DNA of 64,000 nucleotides from Tubulanus polymorphus (taxonomy: Eukaryota; Animalia; Nemertea), in NCBI RefSeq assembly GCF_964204645.1, contig NC_134034.1:7576962-7640961 (forward strand), in the 5' to 3' direction. Position numbers and translations under genes: made by a program. Numbering within the stretch: position 1 is the first letter of the stretch; each line of letters begins with the position of its first letter. Below are positions 61,842-64,000 of this stretch, piece after piece. The notes below the pieces were generated by a model. It was not told where the DNA came from. It made no database searches and was given only the letters and a program-made list of their open reading frames with translations.

Positions 61842-63299
61842 AGGCCGGCCGTAGGCTGAGCCTATTACTATACAAATGGAGCGAATTTAAATTACATGGT
61901 TTCCACACAAAAGGCTCTTTTGCTTGCCAAGTGAGGGCATATTCGAACAAATCACGTTTTTAAGCGTAATCCATTCTCGGAATCGTAGCGAGCAGAATTT
62001 TGAAATAGGGTCTCATAAAAATGTTTTCTGCATTTTTCACGAAAGTTAAATCGGGAAAATTTCAATTTTTATCAGCCAATCAGGAAGTTGTGTCTTCCCT
62101 GTGATTGGTTTATCTGAAAATATCAGCAGCTGTTCACGTGAATTATCGCGATTTCATTACTGGCGCTTTTGCGCATGACGTCATGTATCAACACGCGACA
62201 ATACTTCCGCGTTCGCTACGTGTTCGCTGATTGGCCCATTTACTGGGAAATTCCACAGAAGCCTAATGTGGTTTGTTACAAGCGCTGTGATTGGCCCGAC
62301 CCGATTCTGGCATGGCTTTAGCTTAGTGGGTTCGAATCCCTTGACGGGTGAAGATGATGGATCCTATCAATATCTATTGAAACAAATAAGTTTCCCGGTT
62401 GGGCAGCCGCGGATATCTACCGGAAGTGTTCTGGTTCGATATTTCGAGGTTTCTTTGAATTTTGGAGTGATATTGAAATCCGGTAAATACCAGCGGTAGA
62501 TTGTGAAAACCCATTGCATGATATTTGTATTACTTAGAAAAGCGTCGGGCCCGCGCCGGGAGTTTTCGTGATTCAAGTAGCACAATAGCCTACTTCTTCG
62601 TGTTCGTCCACCTCAATTTTCATTCCGCCGATTTCTGACACGGCTCTGTCCCCGTCGGCGCTGTGATTGGACTTTCGTACCACCAAAATTTTTTATTTCT
62701 ATATCAGGGAGGTCTGGAGAATAAAAAAGTCAAAATTTGGATATCACATAGGCCTGATTTCATCGAATAAGTCGACCATGGTCGTTACGTTTCCGTACTT
62801 ATTACCACCTAAAACCGTCTGAACAATTTTGTCACAACCAACATTTCGTTTACAGAAATCAGGGTTCACGTGAACCCGCGGTATCGTCTACTGTTTTACT
62901 TCCGGGTTTTATTTTAAGATTTAAAATTGTATTTCAAGATCGATTTCTATGAAATCTTTAGTTGATTTGGTGTTTGGGAGGAATTTTTATTTGCTCTACA
63001 GAAAATTCATCCTTGACAATTGCGCAAGGTTCGCGAAAAAAATGGTTTTACCAAATCGGGTGTATGATCTTGATATGCTAATTAGCCATGTGCCCGAATT
63101 GCAAATTCAATCAAATTTTATTCTGCCAAAAAAATGTTAAATACAATTCGCTTTCCGAGAGTTAATGGTATGCTGCATGGAACAAAGTTGTTTTGAGATG
63201 GGTCTTGAAGCTATTGAGGTCGAGAGATAACCATCTAGATAGTTCGTGAGAGTTCCAAAGTTTTGAAGAGGCTTCAAGGTAATGTCTTGATATTTGGTT

Positions 63300-64000
63300 T
63301 ATACGTCTATCTACCCTAGACACATCTTCAGGCTAAAAACTGGCCCTGTCAGATTCAAGATGGCCGACTGGCAGCCATTGTTGTTCGCCAAAATCAGCAC
63401 TTTTTACACATTTTTGAAGTTTTCGAGGGAAATTTTGAAGACACTTTTATCAATAACCTTGATCATTCGTATATATTTGTTTCCCCCGAGGGCCCATCGG
63501 CATGAGAAAAATTGGGTCGATCGGACTCAAGATGGCCGTACTGTAACCTTTTTTGTTCCCAAAAATGTCAATTTTGGCCTGAATTCTGAGTACTGTAGCT
63601 TTCTAATGGTGTGCCATGTTTCATTGCAATTTGTAATGGGTATTCTTTGGAAAGGGATCTTTTATATCCGAGAGGGTATTTTTGACCAGGCAATTATGAC
63701 GCACTTGGCGGCCATCTTGGAGTCATCAGTACTCATTCGTAGGTGGAAAAAAGTTTTTCCACATCATAATTGATACTTAAGCATATTTTGCTACTATAAT
63801 TAATTGGAAAGTTGTAGCTCATGACATGTTCTATGATCGAGGTGAGTTTCAAGCTCATTGGTTTTTGTTTATGGCCACCAGGGGGCGTTGAACAATACAA
63901 TAACTTAGTATATCTATATTACATTCATATGCATATTTTGCTACCACAATCAATTGGAAAGTTGTAGCTCATGACATGGTCTATGATCTTGGTGAGTTTC
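63300..64000. repeat. Interspersed repeat with caagatggc motifs and a 150-bp tandem unit
   Basis: 63781-63850 repeated at 63931-64000; caagatggcc / gccatcttg motifs. Confidence 0.55.

Overview
AT-rich eukaryotic genomic DNA, probably an invertebrate animal (inferred from GT-AG introns and the TE types; species not determinable), made almost entirely of nested mobile elements. No host gene is recognisable. Contents: (1) Polinton/Maverick-like (polinton-like virus) elements: degraded copy A (~2045-12750), fragment B (~27690-33725), near-full-length 19-kb copy C (34414-~53542; pPolB, minor and major capsid, packaging ATPase, integrase, HNH nuclease), a complete 2.04-kb non-autonomous derivative D (55400-57439, 6-bp TSD) and a PolB fragment (~61375-61840). 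(2) A very young 11-kb Ty3/Gypsy element (16459-27452) with chromodomain pol and an F-type env. (3) A truncated second Gypsy (~54313-60624). (4) MITEs and minisatellites. Main observations: a giant-virus-type LAGLIDADG intein in the PolB active site of copy B, with empty alleles in A and C; large, strand-asymmetric hairpins at every Polinton terminus; a poxvirus-late-like TAAATG start on most Polinton genes, which together with the intein and HNH suggests a virophage-like link to a nucleocytovirus; and a five-exon antisense gene, UAG read-through signal and CRE-like LTR repeats that make the env-Gypsy resemble a complex retrovirus. Coordinates were read by hand and may be off by a few bases.
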